Assembly (NCBI GenBank): GCA_039806885.1
Contig: JBDHQE010000001.1
Coordinates: 1 to 51,499, forward strand
DNA: 51,499 bases
Reading direction: 5' to 3'
From: Verrucomicrobiales bacterium
Lineage (GTDB): Bacteria > Verrucomicrobiota > Verrucomicrobiia > Verrucomicrobiales > DEV007
This document shows, in pieces, positions 48,037-51,499 of this stretch (within the stretch, counting starts at the first letter, position 1; each line of letters starts with the position of its first letter). The position numbers and the translations under genes are program-made. The notes beneath the pieces are model-generated. The model made no database searches, was not told where the DNA came from, and worked only from the letters and a program-made list of their open reading frames with translations.

Positions 48037-48330
48037 ATGGAAAATCTCGAAATTCTAATCCTCCTTCTCTTCGTTTTTACTCTCGCAGCCTTTCTCGGCT
48101 TCGAGTTGATCCAGAAGGTCCCAAGCCAACTGCACACTCCGCTAATGTCCGGCTCGAATGCGATCTCTGGGATCACCATCGTCGGAGCTCTCCTCGCGTG
48201 TGGTGTGGCAGACGCTAATTTCGGAAAATGGCTGGGATTTGCTGCTGTCGTTCTCGCTATGATCAACGTAGTCGGCGGCTACGTCGTCACGGACCGAATG
48301 CTCGGTATGTTTAAGAAAAAGGGAAAGTGA
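48037..48330 (+). CDS. pntAB: NAD(P) transhydrogenase alpha subunit part 2
   Basis: LHTPLMSGSNAISG, NVVGGYVVTDRML. Confidence 0.95.
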   Translation: MENLEILILLLFVFTLAAFLGFELIQKVPSQLHTPLMSGSNAISGITIVGALLACGVADANFGKWLGFAAVVLAMINVVGGYVVTDRMLGMFKKKGK

Positions 48331-48407
48331 TCCCGATTGTGAGTTCTATCCGACTAAACCCTGTTTGCTCCGCTCTTTAACCCTCTTATCTCCACGCCCC
48401 ACTCCTT

Positions 48408-49775
48408 ATGGACGAGAAACAATACATCGACCTCGCTTACATCGTGGCCTCCATCCTCTTCATCTTCGGTATCAAGATGCTTGGGAAGGCGGAAACGGCA
48501 CGCAAAGGGAATCTGCTTTCATCCGTCGGTATGTTGCTGGCAATGGTAGCCACGCTCTTTTACAAGGAAGTCATCGACTACAAGCTACTCATCGCCGGAG
48601 TCGCAGTCGGAACCATCATCGGCTGGATCTGGGCAGTAAAGGTGAAAATGACGGGCATGCCGGAACTGGTAGCACTGTTCAACGGCTTCGGAGGTCTGGC
48701 TTCTCTTCTGGTGGGATGGGCTGAGTTCGAATTTCACAAGAATACGGATACTGTCACCTTATTCGCGATTTATTCGACCATCCTGATCGGTGGAATCACT
48801 TTCACAGGGAGCTTCATCGCCTATTTAAAACTAGCAGGTAAAATGAGTGGTCGTCCGACCCTGTTCCCCGGACAGAAGGCGATTAATGCCGTGATTTTCC
48901 TGATTCTGCTCGTATTGGGCGGCGTATATATCTTTCAGAATTCCGCTTGGTCGCTCTATACGATTATCGCGCTGTCTCTGCTACTCGGCGTGATGGGAGT
49001 GTTACCCATCGGCGGTGGCGACATGCCTGTGATCATCGCTTTCCTCAATAGCTTCTCCGGTCTCGCGGGTGCTGCCGCCGGTTTCGTGATTTTGAACAAG
49101 GTTCTGATCGTCGCAGGCTGTCTCGTCGGCACCTCGGGCATCATCCTGACTATTATCATGTGCAAGGCGATGAATCGCACCTTCGGAAATGTGCTCTTCG
49201 GCGGCTTCGGTGCGGCAGGTGGCGGTGGTGGCAAGGGGGTCGAGGGCGAAATGAAAGGCGTCTCCGTAGAGGATGCTTATTACGTGCTGGAAGCAGCACA
49301 GAATGTGGTTTTCATCCCCGGTTACGGAATGGCGGTGGCCCAAGCGCAGCACGTCGTGAAAGAGCTAGCGGTGATGCTGGAGAAAAACGGAGCCGAAGTA
49401 CGCTTCGCGATTCACCCAGTCGCTGGACGGATGCCTGGACACATGAATGTGCTGCTGGCAGAGGCCGATGTGCCCTATGAGCAACTCTGCGAGATGGATG
49501 CCATCAATCCCATGATGAACCAGGTCGATGTCGCCATGGTGATCGGAGCAAACGACGTCGTGAATCCCGCCGCCGCGGACGATCCCTCGAGTCCCATCTA
49601 CGGAATGCCTATCATCAAGGCTTATGAAGCTCGCACGGTCTTCGCTCTGAAGCGCGGGAAGGGTTCTGGCTTCTCCGGACTGGAAAACGCCCTCTTTTTC
49701 CGCGAAAACTGTCGCATGATATACGGTGATGCGAAGGAAACGATCTCTGCTCTGATCGCACAGTTTAAATCGTGA
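48408..49775 (+). CDS. pntB: NAD(P) transhydrogenase beta subunit
   Basis: MPELVA, IGGGDMP, PGYGMAVAQAQ, HPVAGRMPGHMNVLLAEA. Confidence 0.96.
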   Translation: MDEKQYIDLAYIVASILFIFGIKMLGKAETARKGNLLSSVGMLLAMVATLFYKEVIDYKLLIAGVAVGTIIGWIWAVKVKMTGMPELVALFNGFGGLASLLVGWAEFEFHKNTDTVTLFAIYSTILIGGITFTGSFIAYLKLAGKMSGRPTLFPGQKAINAVIFLILLVLGGVYIFQNSAWSLYTIIALSLLLGVMGVLPIGGGDMPVIIAFLNSFSGLAGAAAGFVILNKVLIVAGCLVGTSGIILTIIMCKAMNRTFGNVLFGGFGAAGGGGGKGVEGEMKGVSVEDAYYVLEAAQNVVFIPGYGMAVAQAQHVVKELAVMLEKNGAEVRFAIHPVAGRMPGHMNVLLAEADVPYEQLCEMDAINPMMNQVDVAMVIGANDVVNPAAADDPSSPIYGMPIIKAYEARTVFALKRGKGSGFSGLENALFFRENCRMIYGDAKETISALIAQFKS

Positions 49776-49802
49776 ATCCTGTCCGTGATTCCTTTGACGG
49801 GG

Positions 49803-49835
49803 TCGCTCAGCTTCGCCGGAGTGAGCGAATTTTTT
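49803..49835 (+). terminator. Probable intrinsic terminator after pntB
   Basis: tcgctca...tgagcga stem enclosing a cttc/ggag inner stem, followed by atttttt. Confidence 0.6.
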
Positions 49836-49960
49836 CGGCGAGTTCTCAATTCTTCCCGTATCATTACGACCGGACCGAGAATCGCGCCTCTGTGCGTCCA
49901 CCGTGTAGTTGTGCTCGCTTATGGTTCCGCACTTCCATTTTACATTGATTATTAGCCTCC

Positions 49961-51499
49961 ATGAGTCATCCCGATAATGCAGCTTCCTATAAGGACACCC
50001 TGAATCTTCCGCAGACCACTTTCCCGATGCGGGGAGACCTGGTGCAGCGCGAGCCAGAACGCCTCGCTCGCTGGGAAAGCAACCATCTCTATCAGCGCAT
50101 CCTGGAAAAGCGTCGCGCTGCGGGAGCACCAAAATTCATCCTTCACGACGGTCCTCCTTTCGCCAATGGCGACGTCCACATGGGCACCGCACTGAACAAA
50201 GTTCTGAAGGATCTGGTGCTGAAAAGTCGTTCCATGGCCGGATACGAGTGTCCCTACATCCCCGGTTGGGATTGCCACGGACTACCCATCGAGTTTAAAG
50301 TAGTCAAGGAATCTCGTGGACTAGCACCAGCAGAAATTCGGCGTCGATCCGAAGCCTTCGCTCGTCAATATATCGACATCCAGAGAAATTCTTTTCGTCG
50401 TCTGGGCGTACTCGGAGACTGGGAACATCCCTATCTGACTCTGGCACCAGAATATGAAGCTGACATCATTCGCGTCTTTGCCACACTTGTAGAAAAAGGA
50501 CTGGTCTATCAGAGTCAGAAGCCAGTGCAGTGGAGCTACGGAGCACAGACGGCTCTCGCCGAAGCCGAGGTTGAATATAAGGACGTCAAGGATCTCGCCG
50601 TCTTCGTAAAGTTCCCGCTCGTCGCAGGAAAATTCGCTGGAGAGAGTTCCATGGTCATCTGGACGACCACACCTTGGACTCTGCCTGCAAATCTTGGGAT
50701 CGCTGTGCATCCGCAATATACTTATGTGCGAGGAGAATTCACGAACACCGAACGCGATGTTACGGAGAATTTCATTATCCTCCGCGATCTGCTCGGGAGT
50801 TTCGGAGAGAAAACAGGATTCGTCCCTAATGGCGATCTATCAGAACTCAAAGGAAATGATCTAGAGGGAGCCGAAGCACAGCATCCTTTCCTTGATCGGA
50901 CCTCACGACTCATTCTGGCGGATTTCGTCACTACCGAGACAGGAACCGGGGCGGTTCACATCGCCCCCGGTCACGGGGCCGAAGACTACCTAGCGGGCCA
51001 GAAAAACGGTCTGGGCTTGCTTTCCCCTGTCGATGACGAAGGAAAATTCACAGCCGAAGTCGGCGTCGATTTCCTCGTAGGGAAACACGTCCACGAGTCG
51101 AACGTGCCTATCGTGAAACTACTTGCTGAACGAGGAGCTCTCGTAGGCAAGGAGAACTATCTGCACAGCTATCCGCACTGCTGGAGATCAAAGACTCCAG
51201 TGATTTTCCGTTCCGTACCGCAGTTTTTTATTCGCATCGACCAACTCCGGCAATCTGCGTTGGAAGAAATTGACCGCGTGCAGTGGCTTCCTCACTGGGG
51301 GCGAAATCGCATCTACGGAACAGTCGAGGCTCGACCGGACTGGTGTATTTCTCGCCAGCGAACTTGGGGCGTGCCGCTGCCTGTGTTCTATGACGCTCAA
51401 ACTGCCCAACCGATCATCGACGCCGACCTCGCTCGCCGAGTCGCTGATCTCACCGAGTCAAAGGGAACGAATCTGTGGTTTGAACAAGACGACGCCTGG
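49961..51499 (+). CDS. ileS: Isoleucine-tRNA ligase, type 1 (3' partial); not in the ORF track
   Basis: Manual translation: YKDTLNLPQTTFPMR, LHDGPPFANGDVHMGT, PGWDCHGLPIE, WTTTPWTLP, GTGAVHIAPGHG, YPHCWR, DWCISRQRTWG. Confidence 0.96.
   Translation, partial: MSHPDNAASYKDTLNLPQTTFPMRGDLVQREPERLARWESNHLYQRILEKRRAAGAPKFILHDGPPFANGDVHMGTALNKVLKDLVLKSRSMAGYECPYIPGWDCHGLPIEFKVVKESRGLAPAEIRRRSEAFARQYIDIQRNSFRRLGVLGDWEHPYLTLAPEYEADIIRVFATLVEKGLVYQSQKPVQWSYGAQTALAEAEVEYKDVKDLAVFVKFPLVAGKFAGESSMVIWTTTPWTLPANLGIAVHPQYTYVRGEFTNTERDVTENFIILRDLLGSFGEKTGFVPNGDLSELKGNDLEGAEAQHPFLDRTSRLILADFVTTETGTGAVHIAPGHGAEDYLAGQKNGLGLLSPVDDEGKFTAEVGVDFLVGKHVHESNVPIVKLLAERGALVGKENYLHSYPHCWRSKTPVIFRSVPQFFIRIDQLRQSALEEIDRVQWLPHWGRNRIYGTVEARPDWCISRQRTWGVPLPVFYDAQTAQPIIDADLARRVADLTESKGTNLWFEQDDAW

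Noticed and set aside
49365-50931. Minus-strand ORFs of 255, 108, 131 and 69 aa
   Set aside because: Antisense to pntB and to ileS, which the track omits because it has no stop in the window.

Overview
Bacterial chromosomal window. Gene content and the extended S5/S11/SecY suggest the PVC superphylum, most likely Verrucomicrobia (inference). It opens with the end of the spc/alpha ribosomal cluster (rplF partial, rplR, rpsE, rplO, secY, map, rpmJ, rpsM, rpsK, rpsD), which lacks rpmD, adk, infA, rpoA and rplQ and ends in a strong terminator. Two exported proteins follow. Next is a ~9 kb, visibly AT-richer defence island (8.7-17.7 kb): a 5mC DNA methyltransferase with an extra C-terminal domain, a MORC/MutL-type GHKL ATPase, a Z1-domain SF2 helicase-like protein, a DUF4420-type PD-(D/E)XK nuclease and an AIPR protein split by one in-frame TAA. 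This is an Mza-like restriction system with a methyltransferase in the first position. An unannotated GxxExxY gene relic with REP-like inverted repeats lies just downstream. The rest holds exported hydrolases/oxidoreductase, a Tat-signal Mn-type SOD, RecQ, a hemerythrin, an orphan degenerate HMG-CoA-reductase-like gene, a SWIM-SNF2 ATPase, a prepilin-type protein, two transsulfuration PLP enzymes, an AlgE-like porin, a large metalloprotease, clpP, tig, an RluA-family enzyme, the three-gene transhydrogenase and the 5' part of ileS. No rRNA, tRNA, CRISPR array, integrase or transposase was recognised. All calls come from reading motifs by eye; no database searches were run.
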